Source: a virus
Reading direction: 5' to 3' (one strand)
DNA length: 64,000 bases
Virus record (IMG/VR): IMGVR_UViG_3300021185_002720
Span: 1-64,000 of that record
Shown here piece by piece: positions 36,282-46,756 of this stretch (its first letter is position 1; every line of letters begins with the position of its first letter). Below the pieces are notes generated by a model. It saw only the letters and a program-made list of their open reading frames with translations, made no database searches and was not told where the DNA came from. The position numbers and the translations under genes are program-made.

Positions 36282-37196
36282 ATGGCGAAAAAGCTCAAAG
36301 GTCTTGTAAAAAAGGTATGGGAGAGTAAAATCAAACAAACACCTTCTAAATATACTCATGTATCCTATAGTTCGGTTAGTACTTATAATAAGTGCCCCAA
36401 GCTATGGGAGATGCAGTATCTTCGGAAAGAAATACCTTTTACTCAAAATATATATACATGCTTCGGTACTGCAATGCATGAAACTATGCAAGAGTGGTTA
36501 ACAGTAATGTATCATGATAAAGTTAAGACTGCTAATGAGATAGATTTAGGTCAACTGTTATACGTTAATATGGTCAAAGCATATAAGAGAGGAAGAGCTC
36601 AAATGGAAGGTCAACATTTCTCTAATATGGATGAAATGACTCAATTTTGGTTAGACGGAAAACATATATTAGAGTACCTAACTAAAAAGAGAGCAGCATA
36701 CTTTAGTACTAAAACAGCTATGCTTGCAGGAGTAGAAACATTACTCTATCAGGAAATTAAACCAGGAGTAGCATTTAAAGGATTAATTGATCTAGTATTC
36801 TATCACCCTACTACTGATAGATGGACTGTTGTAGATATTAAAACCTCTACCTCTGGATGGAGAGACCATCAAAAGAAGAACCCTAACCTTACTGCTCAGG
36901 TAGTAATGTATAAAGAGTACTTCTCTAAACAATTTGATATCGATAAAGATAAAATCGACGTACAGTACTTTATAGTTAAACGGAGAGTACCAGCAGAAGC
37001 AGAATTTGCTATTATGCAAAGAAGAGTTCAGGAATTTAGCCCTCCAGCTGGACCTAGAAAGACTAAGGAAGTTATGACGAAGATGAATAATTTTATAGAT
37101 AACGTACTTGATTCAACAGGAGCATACATTGATAAAGAACATAAATGTACTAATCCTTTTGGAAAATGTGAACATTGTTCTCCTTTTCTGAATTAA
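36282..37196 (+). CDS. PD-(D/E)xK exonuclease (RecB/Cas4-like)
   Basis: SYSS..YNKCP, FGTAMHE, GLIDLV, VDIKTS, QVVMY, C-terminal CxxxxxxCxxC. Confidence 0.85.
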   Translation: MAKKLKGLVKKVWESKIKQTPSKYTHVSYSSVSTYNKCPKLWEMQYLRKEIPFTQNIYTCFGTAMHETMQEWLTVMYHDKVKTANEIDLGQLLYVNMVKAYKRGRAQMEGQHFSNMDEMTQFWLDGKHILEYLTKKRAAYFSTKTAMLAGVETLLYQEIKPGVAFKGLIDLVFYHPTTDRWTVVDIKTSTSGWRDHQKKNPNLTAQVVMYKEYFSKQFDIDKDKIDVQYFIVKRRVPAEAEFAIMQRRVQEFSPPAGPRKTKEVMTKMNNFIDNVLDSTGAYIDKEHKCTNPFGKCEHCSPFLN

Positions 37197-37227
37197 GTAT
37201 ATATTTATATAAAGATATATTAAAGTT

Positions 37228-37413
37228 ATGAAACACGATGAACACCTTACTTCGGTAAAAATTACAAAACCATTATTCGATAAATTTAAGCATGCATGTT
37301 TAGAAGATAATTTTTCTTTTAAAAAGCTTGCTGATAGAGCAATTTTTCTCTATCTTACTAATAATGAGTTTAGAGAAAAAATACATAAGATTAACAACAT
37401 AAAAATTAAATAA
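37228..37413 (+). CDS. small ribbon-helix-helix-like DNA-binding protein
   Basis: LTSVKI-x4-FDKFK...SFKKLADRAIFLY. Confidence 0.5.
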   Translation: MKHDEHLTSVKITKPLFDKFKHACLEDNFSFKKLADRAIFLYLTNNEFREKIHKINNIKIK

Positions 37414-37418
37414 GGTTG

Positions 37419-38855
37419 ATGGAAGGTTATATTAAAAAAGAAGATAGGAAAAAGATACTCCTACTATGTGATGATATTCGAATGCATTCTGGAATAGCTA
37501 CAATGGCTAGAGAGTTTGTAGTCAATAATGGTCATCGATACAATTGGTTTAACGTAGGTGCTGCAGTCAATCATGCAGATAAAGGTAAGGTATTAGATCT
37601 ATCAGCCGATATTAATAAACAATTAAATATAGAAGATGCAGATGTAAGGATACTCCCTTACAATGGATACGGAGATGCTCAGTTAGTTAGAGACATTATG
37701 AAGAGAGAAAAGCCAGATGCTATTTTTATCTTTACTGATCCAAGATATTGGACTTGGCTATTCGAAATTGAAAGAGAAGTAAGAAGTCAAGTTCCAATCA
37801 TCTGGTTAAATATTTGGGATGAATTTCCTTCACCTAAATACAATGAACATTTTTACGATTCAGTAGATGCTTTGTTAAGTATCTCTAAACAAACTAAACT
37901 GATAAACGAATTAGTATTAGGGAATAAAGCTGATGATAAGGTATTAAAGTATATTCCTCATGGAATAGATAACGATATATTTAGACCTATAGAAGATCCT
38001 GAGAATAATAAAGAGTTCCAAGGATTTAAAAAAGGAGTATTTAACAATAAAGATTATGAATTCGTCGCTTTCTTTAACTCTAGAAACATTCAACGTAAAA
38101 GACCAGCAGATGTTATGCTAGCTTTTAAGCTCTTCTGTGATAGTATAGGTAAAGAGAAAGCTAAGAAATGTGCTTTAGTAATGCATACTGCTCCTGTAGA
38201 CCAACACGGAACTGATCTAAATGCAGTTAAGAATGCAATATGTGATCCTGAATATGTAAACGTATTTTTCTCTACTACTAAAATTAATCCTATTCAAATG
38301 AACGGGATGTATAATTTAGCAGATGTAACTATGTTGATATCGTCTAACGAAGGATGGGGATTATCATTAACTGAGTCTATGTTAGCAGGTACAATGACAA
38401 TCTCAAACGTAACAGGAGGAATGCAAGACCAAAGTAGATTTGTAGATGAAAACGGAGAATGGTTTACTCCATCAGCTGATATACCTTCTAACCATAGAGG
38501 TACATATAAAGAACATGGTGAATGGAACCTACCGGTATTCCCATCTAATATTTCTTTAGCAGGTTCAGTACCTACTCCTTATATTTTTGACGATAGATGT
38601 TCACCAGAAGAAGTAGCTCAAGCGTTAGAGGTAATCTACGACATGAGTCCTGAGGAAAGAAATGAAAGAGGTTTAAAAGGAAGAGAATGGGCTATGTCTG
38701 AAGAAGCAGGACTTACAGCTAAAATAATGAGTGATAGAATAGCAGAAGCTATTGATGAAACTTTAGAGAGCTTTGTTCCAAGACCTAGATACGATCTTTT
38801 AAAAGTAGAAGATAAACCAAGTAAATTAATTGAACACAAATTAACAGGTTATTAA
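37419..38855 (+). CDS. glycosyltransferase GT4 (GT-B)
   Basis: HSGIATMA, IPHGID, RNIQRKR, SNEGWGLSLTESM, TGGMQDQ. Confidence 0.9.
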   Translation: MEGYIKKEDRKKILLLCDDIRMHSGIATMAREFVVNNGHRYNWFNVGAAVNHADKGKVLDLSADINKQLNIEDADVRILPYNGYGDAQLVRDIMKREKPDAIFIFTDPRYWTWLFEIEREVRSQVPIIWLNIWDEFPSPKYNEHFYDSVDALLSISKQTKLINELVLGNKADDKVLKYIPHGIDNDIFRPIEDPENNKEFQGFKKGVFNNKDYEFVAFFNSRNIQRKRPADVMLAFKLFCDSIGKEKAKKCALVMHTAPVDQHGTDLNAVKNAICDPEYVNVFFSTTKINPIQMNGMYNLADVTMLISSNEGWGLSLTESMLAGTMTISNVTGGMQDQSRFVDENGEWFTPSADIPSNHRGTYKEHGEWNLPVFPSNISLAGSVPTPYIFDDRCSPEEVAQALEVIYDMSPEERNERGLKGREWAMSEEAGLTAKIMSDRIAEAIDETLESFVPRPRYDLLKVEDKPSKLIEHKLTGY

Positions 38856-38856
38856 T

Positions 38857-40137
38857 ATGAGTAAATCAACATTAGTTATTAGCTGCCCTATTGATACTTA
38901 TTCAGGATATGGAGCAAGATCAAGAGACCTAGTAAAAGCTATCATAGCAACAGGTAAATATAACGTAAACATAATTGGACAACGATGGGGTAATACTAGA
39001 TTCGGTTACTTAGATGATCATAAAGAAACTGATCTCAAAAGCCTAATCATACCTGGACTACAGACTCAACCTGATATATGGATACAAGTTACTGTACCTA
39101 ACGAATTTCAAAAGGTAGGTAAATATAATATCGGTGTTACAGCTGGAATAGAGACTGACCAATGTCACGGTAGTTGGATAGAGGGTTGTAATAGAATGGA
39201 CCTTATACTAACCTCATCAGAGCACTCTAAAAAGGTATTCGTTAATACTATAGTAGATGCTATGGATCAAAAGACCGGTCAGAAAATTAAAGAAATTAAA
39301 CTAGAAAAACCAGTCGAAGTATTATTTGAAGGGGTAGATACAACTAAGTACTTTCAAACTAAAACATCAGCTAAGACAGAGTTTACTTTAGACATCAACA
39401 CTATACCAGAATCATTTTGCTACCTTAGTGTAGGACATTGGATGCAAGGAGATTTTGGACACGATAGAAAGAATATAGGGTATACTGTTAAGACATTTTT
39501 AGAGACTTTTAAAACTAAGAAAAATCCTCCTGCTTTAATACTTAAATGTAGTACAGCTTCTACATCTATTTTAGATAGAGAAAGGATTTTAGATAAGATA
39601 GATGCTATTAGAAAGACCATTAAAGGTGGTAGGTTAGCTAATATCTATTTGCTTCATGGAGAGATAACAGATGGAGAAATGAATGATCTATATAACCATC
39701 CTAAAGTTAAAGTAATGGTTAGTCATACTAAAGGAGAAGGATATGGAAGACCCCTTGCTGAGTTTGCTGTTACAGGAAAGCCTATCATTGCATCAGGATG
39801 GTCCGGTCATACAGACTTTTTAGATAAAGATCTTTCTATACTACTCGGTGGTACAATAGATAGAGTTCATCCATCGTCTGTTCTCAAAGATATGATCATT
39901 ACAGAAGCTAGTTGGTTTACACCTAGTGATCCAGATACTTCTAAAGCATATAAGAAAACATTTAAACATTACAAGGACTGTATACCTGGAGCTAGAAAAC
40001 AGAGAAGAGTTATATTAGACAACTTTACATACGAAGATATGTGCAAGAGAGTTGATAACATATTAGAGAGTAATATTCCAGACTTTCCTAAGCAAATACA
40101 ATTAACATTACCTAAATTAGATTTACCAAAATTATAA
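38857..40137 (+). CDS. glycosyltransferase GT4 (GT-B)
   Basis: SGYGARSRD, DRKNIG, KGEGYGRPLAE, SGWSGHTDF. Confidence 0.9.
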   Translation: MSKSTLVISCPIDTYSGYGARSRDLVKAIIATGKYNVNIIGQRWGNTRFGYLDDHKETDLKSLIIPGLQTQPDIWIQVTVPNEFQKVGKYNIGVTAGIETDQCHGSWIEGCNRMDLILTSSEHSKKVFVNTIVDAMDQKTGQKIKEIKLEKPVEVLFEGVDTTKYFQTKTSAKTEFTLDINTIPESFCYLSVGHWMQGDFGHDRKNIGYTVKTFLETFKTKKNPPALILKCSTASTSILDRERILDKIDAIRKTIKGGRLANIYLLHGEITDGEMNDLYNHPKVKVMVSHTKGEGYGRPLAEFAVTGKPIIASGWSGHTDFLDKDLSILLGGTIDRVHPSSVLKDMIITEASWFTPSDPDTSKAYKKTFKHYKDCIPGARKQRRVILDNFTYEDMCKRVDNILESNIPDFPKQIQLTLPKLDLPKL

Positions 40138-40140
40138 GTT

Positions 40141-40611
40141 ATGATAGATAAAGATTCATTAGTAGAGGGACCATTTGGAAGTGATGCATGTTATGAAACA
40201 TCATTTGAACAAGAAGGAAAAACAATAACAACGTGGCTATGTTTCGGTAGTGGCTTTACTACTTCAACAATAATGACTGAAGGTTCATCAGCAGTAAGTA
40301 ATTTACTAGAAACAGCTCCTTCGTTGTATAAAGATTTACTCCATACAGATAAAGATAAAAAAGTATGGTTACCTGCTACGATTACTTTACCAGAAAAAGG
40401 TATGGTATTTTTAGACGGTACTAATACTGATAACTGGAACTGGACTGCTGTAAAAGCAGCAAGGTTAACAAAAGAAGATAAAGAGTCTGGTAAGTTTCCT
40501 GAAGGTAATGAATGGAAAATGGAGATGAAAAATAAGAAAGTATTTGGTCAAACCGATTTCATGGATGCTATGGATCATATTGGCTTCTTTGCTTTAGAAC
40601 CTCAAGTATGA
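40141..40611 (+). CDS. hypothetical protein
   Basis: Intact ORF within the GT operon. Confidence 0.75.
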   Translation: MIDKDSLVEGPFGSDACYETSFEQEGKTITTWLCFGSGFTTSTIMTEGSSAVSNLLETAPSLYKDLLHTDKDKKVWLPATITLPEKGMVFLDGTNTDNWNWTAVKAARLTKEDKESGKFPEGNEWKMEMKNKKVFGQTDFMDAMDHIGFFALEPQV

Positions 40612-41231
40612 AAATAAGCTATGCCATAACGGTTTGTAATGAATTCGAAGAGATTCAAAAACTTGTATCTACACTAATGTTAAATATTAGAGAAGAAGAT
40701 GAAGTTATAATTCTATTCGATAAACGTAACGGCACAGCAGAGGTATGGGACTACCTAGTAGGTCTACAGAGCCAAAACCTAGTACTTACATTTCCTGAAA
40801 CGTTTAAAGGGCACTTTGCTGATTGGAAAAATAAACTTACCTCTTTATGTGGCGGGGATTATATCTTTCAGATAGATGCAGATGAAGTACCTAACGAAGC
40901 TTTGATAGCTAATCTTCCAGGCATATTAGAATCTAATCCTGATAATGAAGTTTACTTAGTTCCTAGAGTTAACACTGTTGATGGATTAACAGATGAACAT
41001 ATTAATAAATGGGGTTGGAATATAAATGATTCAGGTTGGGTTAACTGGCCTGATTATCAATGGAGAATCTATAAAAACTCAGATGATATAAGCTGGGTTA
41101 ATAAGGTGCATGAAAGGCTTGAAGGGTTCAAGACGTATGCTCCATTGCCTCAAATAGAATCTATGGCACTTTACCACCCTAAAGACATAGAGAGGCAAGA
41201 AAAGCAAAACCAATATTACGAAACATTATGA
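40608..41231 (+). CDS. glycosyltransferase GT2
   Basis: ISYAITVCNE, IFQIDADE, PDYQWRIYK, VHE. Confidence 0.9.
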   Translation: MKISYAITVCNEFEEIQKLVSTLMLNIREEDEVIILFDKRNGTAEVWDYLVGLQSQNLVLTFPETFKGHFADWKNKLTSLCGGDYIFQIDADEVPNEALIANLPGILESNPDNEVYLVPRVNTVDGLTDEHINKWGWNINDSGWVNWPDYQWRIYKNSDDISWVNKVHERLEGFKTYAPLPQIESMALYHPKDIERQEKQNQYYETL

Positions 41232-41410
41232 AAAAGAAACTAATATCAATAGCTTTAGTTAGTACATTATTAATCGGCTGTGGCTCTTCAAAGGCATCAG
41301 CTAATACTACTACACAGACAGAAGTTATTAGTCAAGAAAATGATCCTCTGATGAAATTATTAATATCAGGATTAATTATATATACAGTTCAATTACTATT
41401 TGCAAGATAA
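41228..41410 (+). CDS. small lipoprotein
   Basis: Lipobox LIGC; C-terminal hydrophobic segment. Confidence 0.6.
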   Translation: MKKKLISIALVSTLLIGCGSSKASANTTTQTEVISQENDPLMKLLISGLIIYTVQLLFAR

Positions 41411-41411
41411 C

Positions 41412-41570
41412 ATGATTAAGATAGATGTCAAAGTAGGAGATACTATCATGGTTGGTAGATTTAAAAATAAAAGAGTTAAGGTTAAGACTATAGAGTATGA
41501 TGAATTTGGAATGCCGATGATAAATGGAAAGCCTGGCTGTAATTTTAGATTGGTACCTAATCCAAGATAA
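41412..41570 (+). CDS. small hypothetical protein (52 aa)
   Basis: MIKIDVKVGDTIMVGRFKNKRVKVKTIEYDEFGMPMINGK... Confidence 0.65.
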   Translation: MIKIDVKVGDTIMVGRFKNKRVKVKTIEYDEFGMPMINGKPGCNFRLVPNPR

Positions 41571-41584
41571 ACCTATTTATAAAT

Positions 41585-42172
41585 ATGGAATATAAAGACG
41601 CACTTAAATTAGCAGATGCAGTACCTGGATCTCTGATAGAATTAGGATTTGGTAGAGGTAATAGTTTGAAAGAATTTATTTCCTATATGAATAATATTGA
41701 AATAAATAAAAGGAACATATGGATATATGAATCCTTTGACGGTTATAATAACCCTACCCCTGAAGATAATAAAGCGTTTAAGAAAGGAGACTTTAAAAGA
41801 CCTCCACAACCAGCTTATGATATTAGAAATACTATCAACACTAAAGTTGAGTTAGTTAAAGGCTACATAGAAGAGACATTACCAGCTAAGTATGATAAGT
41901 CTCCAGTTTCTATTGTGCACTCACATTTAATAAGCTATTCAAGTACTTTACATGGGTTAGAGAATTTCGAAAAATACATGCCTCCTGGTAGTGTAATTAT
42001 AGTTACCGACTATCAAGCATTCGAAGGAACCAAACAAGCAGTAGATGAGTTTTTAATTAAGTTTGCTCCTAAATTTAAAACTATAGAAGTAAACGATACA
42101 TTTATAGTTCTACAGACACAAAAGGTTCAAACATTAACTAATAAAGTATTAAGAACTAGATCAGAATTTTAG
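41585..42172 (+). CDS. TylF/MycF-like O-methyltransferase
   Basis: PGSLIELGFGRGNS, ESFDG, VKGYIEETLP, Y.ST, GTKQAVDEF; some acidic metal ligands appear altered. Confidence 0.75.
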   Translation: MEYKDALKLADAVPGSLIELGFGRGNSLKEFISYMNNIEINKRNIWIYESFDGYNNPTPEDNKAFKKGDFKRPPQPAYDIRNTINTKVELVKGYIEETLPAKYDKSPVSIVHSHLISYSSTLHGLENFEKYMPPGSVIIVTDYQAFEGTKQAVDEFLIKFAPKFKTIEVNDTFIVLQTQKVQTLTNKVLRTRSEF

Positions 42173-42175
42173 TTA

Positions 42176-42646
42176 ATGCATAGTATTCCAGAGCATTTAG
42201 AATATCATCTTAAAACTATTCTTTATCATACGGAAGATGCTTACATAGGAGGAAGTATAGAAGATTATTTCCTTTTAGGTTTCTCTGATAAGGTAATTAA
42301 CGATGTAGATGTATTTACATATGACCATAAAGACCTTGAGAGACTTATGGATTATTATGGAGAACCATTAGAAGTAGTTAAGAATAAAAAGAGAGCAGCT
42401 TTGATAGGAGATGTTTCTCATTTATATAAGTATAAAGATGTAGACATACATTATATTGAGAGTTCAACATACCCTCATGAATTTATGACTACCAGATATA
42501 AAGATATGGTAATCACTCATCATACCTTAAAAAGTAAAAAAGGTATAGCAAAAATAGAAAGTGATTGGTTCCTGAAAAATGGAATAGAACTAGAGAAAGG
42601 AAAATCAATAGAAAGGATTTTAAAAACACAAAATAAGTTGCTTTAA
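42176..42646 (+). CDS. nucleotidyltransferase-like protein
   Basis: YIGGS...INDVDVF (GS/DxD Pol-beta motif). Confidence 0.55.
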   Translation: MHSIPEHLEYHLKTILYHTEDAYIGGSIEDYFLLGFSDKVINDVDVFTYDHKDLERLMDYYGEPLEVVKNKKRAALIGDVSHLYKYKDVDIHYIESSTYPHEFMTTRYKDMVITHHTLKSKKGIAKIESDWFLKNGIELEKGKSIERILKTQNKLL

Positions 42647-42668
42647 CAAGTTATTTTTCTTATATTTA
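42636..42668 (+). promoter_or_regulatory. Bacteroidota-type promoter, probably leaderless transcript
   Basis: AGTTG-N17-TCTTATATTTA; ATG at 42672. Confidence 0.7.
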
Positions 42669-42671
42669 ATT

Positions 42672-42983
42672 ATGGTTATATATGTAGATATCGATGATAC
42701 GATTGCTGATTACGATGTAAATGACAGCAGTACTGATTATTATAAAGCACGTCCTATATCAATTAATATAGATAAGATTAATAATCTCTACGACGAAGGT
42801 AATACCATAATTTACTATACAGCTAGAGGTTCTCTCAATACTCATAGAAAAGAAGAGTATACTGAGTTAACTAAAAGACAGCTTAAAGAATGGGGCGCTA
42901 AATACCATGAAGTAAGTGTAGGTGATAAACCTGCTTATGATTTATTAATTTGTGATAAAAGTAAAAGAATAGAAGAGTTATGA
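42672..42983 (+). CDS. capless HAD-superfamily phosphatase
   Basis: YVDIDDTI, YTARG, GDKPAYDLLICDK. Confidence 0.8.
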   Translation: MVIYVDIDDTIADYDVNDSSTDYYKARPISINIDKINNLYDEGNTIIYYTARGSLNTHRKEEYTELTKRQLKEWGAKYHEVSVGDKPAYDLLICDKSKRIEEL

Positions 42984-43831
42984 AAAAAACGTACATTATT
43001 GGAGAGATTGGAATAAATCATCAAGGAAATTTAGAGATTGCAAAAAAGTTAATTGATATTGCAGCCGCAGCAGGCTGTGATGCAGTAAAGTTTCAAAAGA
43101 GAAACCCAGACGTTTGTGTTCCAGAAGCACAAAAAAACAAACCGAGAAGCTGGCAAGGAGTAGATATGACTTATCTTGAATACAAACATAAAGTTGAGTT
43201 TGGTAAAGAAGAGTATGATGAGATAGATCGTTACTGCAAGCAACAGAAGATTGCCTGGTCAGCTTCACCCTGGGATATGGATTCAGTAGAGTTTTTGAGA
43301 CAGTACAACATACCATTCATTAAACTACCTTCTGCATCTTTAACTGACGATGAGTTACTTACTGCTTGTGTGGAGAAATTTCCAAGGGTTATTTTTTCAA
43401 CTGGTATGTCTACCGAAGATGAAGTCGATCATGCAGTAGACACATTAAGAATAGCTAAGGCATATTATAATAAGAAAGAGCCTATAGGGTTACTACATTG
43501 CAATTCTACTTACCCAGCTCCTGTTAATGAGTTAAATCTATCAGCTATCAAAACCTTAGCAAATAAGTATCCTGATTTTGAAATAGGATATTCAGGACAT
43601 GAAATGTTGTTAGGTACTACAGTAGCATCAGTCTTATTAGGAGCAAGTATTATTGAGAGACATATTACATTAGACAGAACTATGGAAGGTTCAGATCATA
43701 GTGCTTCAGTTACACCTCATGGATTATTTAAATTAGTATCTGGCATTAGAGAGTTAGAACAAGCATACGGTGACGGTAACATAGTTGTTACTGAGTCAGA
43801 AAAGCCTGTTAGAGAAAAACTAAGAGGTTAA
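42980..43831 (+). CDS. neuB: nonulosonate (sialic acid/KDN-type) synthase, NeuB family, lacking the C-terminal SAF domain
   Basis: IGEIGINHQG, DAVKFQKR, LLHCNSTYP, GYSGHE, IERHITLDR, GSDH. Confidence 0.92.
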   Translation: MKKTYIIGEIGINHQGNLEIAKKLIDIAAAAGCDAVKFQKRNPDVCVPEAQKNKPRSWQGVDMTYLEYKHKVEFGKEEYDEIDRYCKQQKIAWSASPWDMDSVEFLRQYNIPFIKLPSASLTDDELLTACVEKFPRVIFSTGMSTEDEVDHAVDTLRIAKAYYNKKEPIGLLHCNSTYPAPVNELNLSAIKTLANKYPDFEIGYSGHEMLLGTTVASVLLGASIIERHITLDRTMEGSDHSASVTPHGLFKLVSGIRELEQAYGDGNIVVTESEKPVREKLRG

Positions 43832-44928
43832 TGCATAGCATATTAGTACTTAATGATACAATAAGGAGCAAAAACTTTGGTTGTCAACTAGTAAGCCATT
43901 CCCTCAGAAAGACTTTAAATGAAGTTTACCCAGACAGTAACGTAACTTTTGTTCCAGTAAACGATAAAGGATTCAGACCTGAACTAGGATACGATTTGGT
44001 AATTGTAAATGGAGAAGGAAGCTTTGGTCACCATTATAAAATGCCTGACGGCTTTCCAAACAATGGTCCAATAATGAGATGGTATATGGATCGAGGAGTA
44101 GATGTTTATTTAGTAAACCTATCTATTCAATGTAGCTTAGATATGTTAAAAGCTCATGAGGAGTTTTTATCTAGATGTAAGTTGGTAACATTACGAGAGC
44201 CAATATCATATCTATTTCTGTTAAAGAATACTTCACTTACTAATATTAAACTTTACCCTGATTTAGGTACTAATTACTTTGAAGATGAAAAAGTAGAAAA
44301 GGATTTAGATTTCTGTTTCGGCTTTGGAGCATTAGCTAAAGAACATGAATCAATAGGACCTCAAATAAATGCTTACTTTAAAGCAATCAATGTTATAAAA
44401 GAAGAAGGATACTCAGCAAAGTATTTAGGCTTCCCTGGTAATCCTTTTAGTGATGGAGAACTAGCTACCGATAAACTAGACGATATAGTAATCGAAGAAG
44501 GCACTTTTGAACAGTATTATCATTCAGTTAAGAGAGCTAAAATTAACGTTACAGGTAGGCACCATGGGGCAATAATGTCCTTCCTAGGTAAGACTCCATT
44601 TTTTACTTTTAATGCTAATATGTGGAAAACAGAAGGAGATCAAATACTATATGGTCCTTATGATTACTTTAATTTTAGACATTTAAACACAGGACAGCTT
44701 GTAGACTATCTAAAAAATTCGTATATTAATTATAATAAACAATCAGCTTTTTTAGAAAAGAGATATGAGGAACTAGCTCCAATGTTTGATGCTCATATAA
44801 GATGTACTAAAGAAGATGTAAAAGACGTAATTGAAAGAGGAATTCTTACTCCTGAATATATCAGTAGATGTGTACAAGAGTTAAGCTATATAGATTTAAA
44901 CAAATATGGACTTTCAGAAAAAGTATAA
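43831..44928 (+). CDS. polysaccharide pyruvyl transferase family protein
   Basis: NFGC, VNGEGS, LREPIS, PDL, VTGRHHG. Confidence 0.75.
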   Translation: MHSILVLNDTIRSKNFGCQLVSHSLRKTLNEVYPDSNVTFVPVNDKGFRPELGYDLVIVNGEGSFGHHYKMPDGFPNNGPIMRWYMDRGVDVYLVNLSIQCSLDMLKAHEEFLSRCKLVTLREPISYLFLLKNTSLTNIKLYPDLGTNYFEDEKVEKDLDFCFGFGALAKEHESIGPQINAYFKAINVIKEEGYSAKYLGFPGNPFSDGELATDKLDDIVIEEGTFEQYYHSVKRAKINVTGRHHGAIMSFLGKTPFFTFNANMWKTEGDQILYGPYDYFNFRHLNTGQLVDYLKNSYINYNKQSAFLEKRYEELAPMFDAHIRCTKEDVKDVIERGILTPEYISRCVQELSYIDLNKYGLSEKV

Positions 44929-45652
44929 CAATAAAGAGATATTAGTTATTGGAGGAGGAACATCTACCTTGGATGTTAAATGGGAAGGCGTTATTAATCC
45001 AGATACTTACATATGGACCTGTAATGACTTTTATAGGAATGAAAGAGTTAGATCACAGAACATAGATCTATACCAATTAGGTTATCAAACAGACTTAACT
45101 AATATCATACTAAAAGATAAACTAAGAACTAATAAACCTTTTGCTTATTTTGAACCTGAGCATTATAGAGGTAAACAAAACTCACAGGAGTTTAAAAAGT
45201 TTGTTGAAGATATAGGGTACGGAGTCTATAATATGGATATTGATTATAGTAATTTATTTGAAACAAAAAGCAGATATACTCTCGATGGATATAAATATAG
45301 TTATAGACCAGCACAAAAGTCTGGAGCTATACTTAGATTGATTATACTTGCTTTATCTACAAGAGCACGTAAAGTATACTTTGTAGGTTTTGATGGATTC
45401 AATAAAGACTTTTCTAATAAACATGCATTTACTGGCCATGTAGGATTAAAAGACTCAGATCAAAGAAGAGACTGGGATAAGACTCCTATGTCGTATGTAG
45501 GTGTATTTGAAGATGCTTATAGACTTCTAGCAAGCAGAGAAGATAATAAAAGATTACAGAACTTAGGTGAAGGTTTTGATTATAACTTAGGCACTAGACT
45601 AAGTAAAGAGTATTTTAAACTAACAGACGAAACTTATGAAGCCATTAGATAG
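44906..45652 (+). CDS. sialyltransferase-like protein (GT42/Maf-type)
   Basis: LVIGGGTS, WTCNDF, SGA...LAL...KVYFVGFDG. Confidence 0.65.
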   Translation: MDFQKKYNNKEILVIGGGTSTLDVKWEGVINPDTYIWTCNDFYRNERVRSQNIDLYQLGYQTDLTNIILKDKLRTNKPFAYFEPEHYRGKQNSQEFKKFVEDIGYGVYNMDIDYSNLFETKSRYTLDGYKYSYRPAQKSGAILRLIILALSTRARKVYFVGFDGFNKDFSNKHAFTGHVGLKDSDQRRDWDKTPMSYVGVFEDAYRLLASREDNKRLQNLGEGFDYNLGTRLSKEYFKLTDETYEAIR

Positions 45653-46322
45653 CGTAGCAATTATAGTTCAAGCAAGACTGAACAGTCAAAGAGTTCCACA
45701 GAAAATGATCAGACCTTTTTATGGGACTACATTATTTGATTTAGTATTAGAAAAAATTAAAGAAGCCTTGCCAAGTAAACAAGACAATATATGGGCTTCA
45801 GTATACGAACCTGAGTTAGTTGATATAGCTAAAAAGCAAGGAGTAAATATATTCAATAGAAGTAGAGCATCAGCTAATAATGATAACTCTCTTCAAATGA
45901 TATACGAATGGCATGATAAGCTTCCGGAAAATTATAAGTATGTTATGTTAGTATCAGGGTGTAATCCTTTATTAGAACCTAAAACTATAAGAGACTTCTA
46001 CAATACCTTTAACATGCAAGAAGAAGAAAACCTATTTGCAGTAATGGAGAAGAAACAATACTATTGGAATAAAGAAGGTTCTTTAGTTACCCCTTGGCCT
46101 GAAGGTCAAACTATTATGAATACAAAAGCAGTAGAGCCTACTTATGAAGCAGCTCATGTTCTGTATGCCTCAAGATTAGATCTCATTAAACAAGATAAGT
46201 TTATGGGAGACTTTGAAGCACCAGGAGGAATAAAACTATTCCAAATGCCTGAGTTAGAAGCATTCGATATTGATTACGAATGGCAATTTAAAGTAGCAGA
46301 AAAATTATTTGAAACATTATGA
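45636..46322 (+). CDS. neuA: acylneuraminate cytidylyltransferase
   Basis: IVQARLNSQRVPQKMIRPF, CNPLL, FDIDYEWQF. Confidence 0.9.
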   Translation: MKPLDSVAIIVQARLNSQRVPQKMIRPFYGTTLFDLVLEKIKEALPSKQDNIWASVYEPELVDIAKKQGVNIFNRSRASANNDNSLQMIYEWHDKLPENYKYVMLVSGCNPLLEPKTIRDFYNTFNMQEEENLFAVMEKKQYYWNKEGSLVTPWPEGQTIMNTKAVEPTYEAAHVLYASRLDLIKQDKFMGDFEAPGGIKLFQMPELEAFDIDYEWQFKVAEKLFETL

Positions 46323-46756
46323 TATATTGGTTTACAGGCCAGCCAGGAGCTGGTAAGACAACATTAGCAAAGATGCTAAAGAAAGCATTACCTCATTCAT
46401 TCCATATAGATGGAGATGATTTAAGAGCATTAACTACAAATAAAGACTATTCTATTAACGGTAGAGTTAACAACGTAAACACAGCACAAAAGATAGCACA
46501 CTACTTACATAATCAGGGGAGTGTTGTTATAGTTTCCGTAGTAGCTCCTTACATAGATCAGAGAGAAGAATTTAAAAAATTGATAGGGGATGATATTAGA
46601 GAGTTCTATGTTCATACAACTCAAGAAAGAGAAAGAGATCATTTTAAAACTGATGCTTATGTTCCTCCTAAGGAGAATTTTATTGATATAGATACAACAT
46701 ACGAGAGTCCAGAGGGAACATATAACATAATAGAACATTTAGTATTTGGTATATGA
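46319..46756 (+). CDS. cysC: adenylyl-sulfate kinase
   Basis: IYWFTGQPGAGKTTLA, IDGDDLR, YSINGR, VSVVAPY. Confidence 0.88.
   Translation: MIYWFTGQPGAGKTTLAKMLKKALPHSFHIDGDDLRALTTNKDYSINGRVNNVNTAQKIAHYLHNQGSVVIVSVVAPYIDQREEFKKLIGDDIREFYVHTTQERERDHFKTDAYVPPKENFIDIDTTYESPEGTYNIIEHLVFGI

Noticed and set aside
36282-37196. Cas4-like nuclease as a sign of a CRISPR system
   Set aside because: No repeat-spacer array or other cas genes in the window; solo PD-(D/E)xK exonucleases are common in phages.
42630-42646. QNKLL C-terminus as another member of the LI-tag family
   Set aside because: These codons (AAG TTG CTT TAA) are the AGTTGC promoter box itself, so the ending is explained by overlap.
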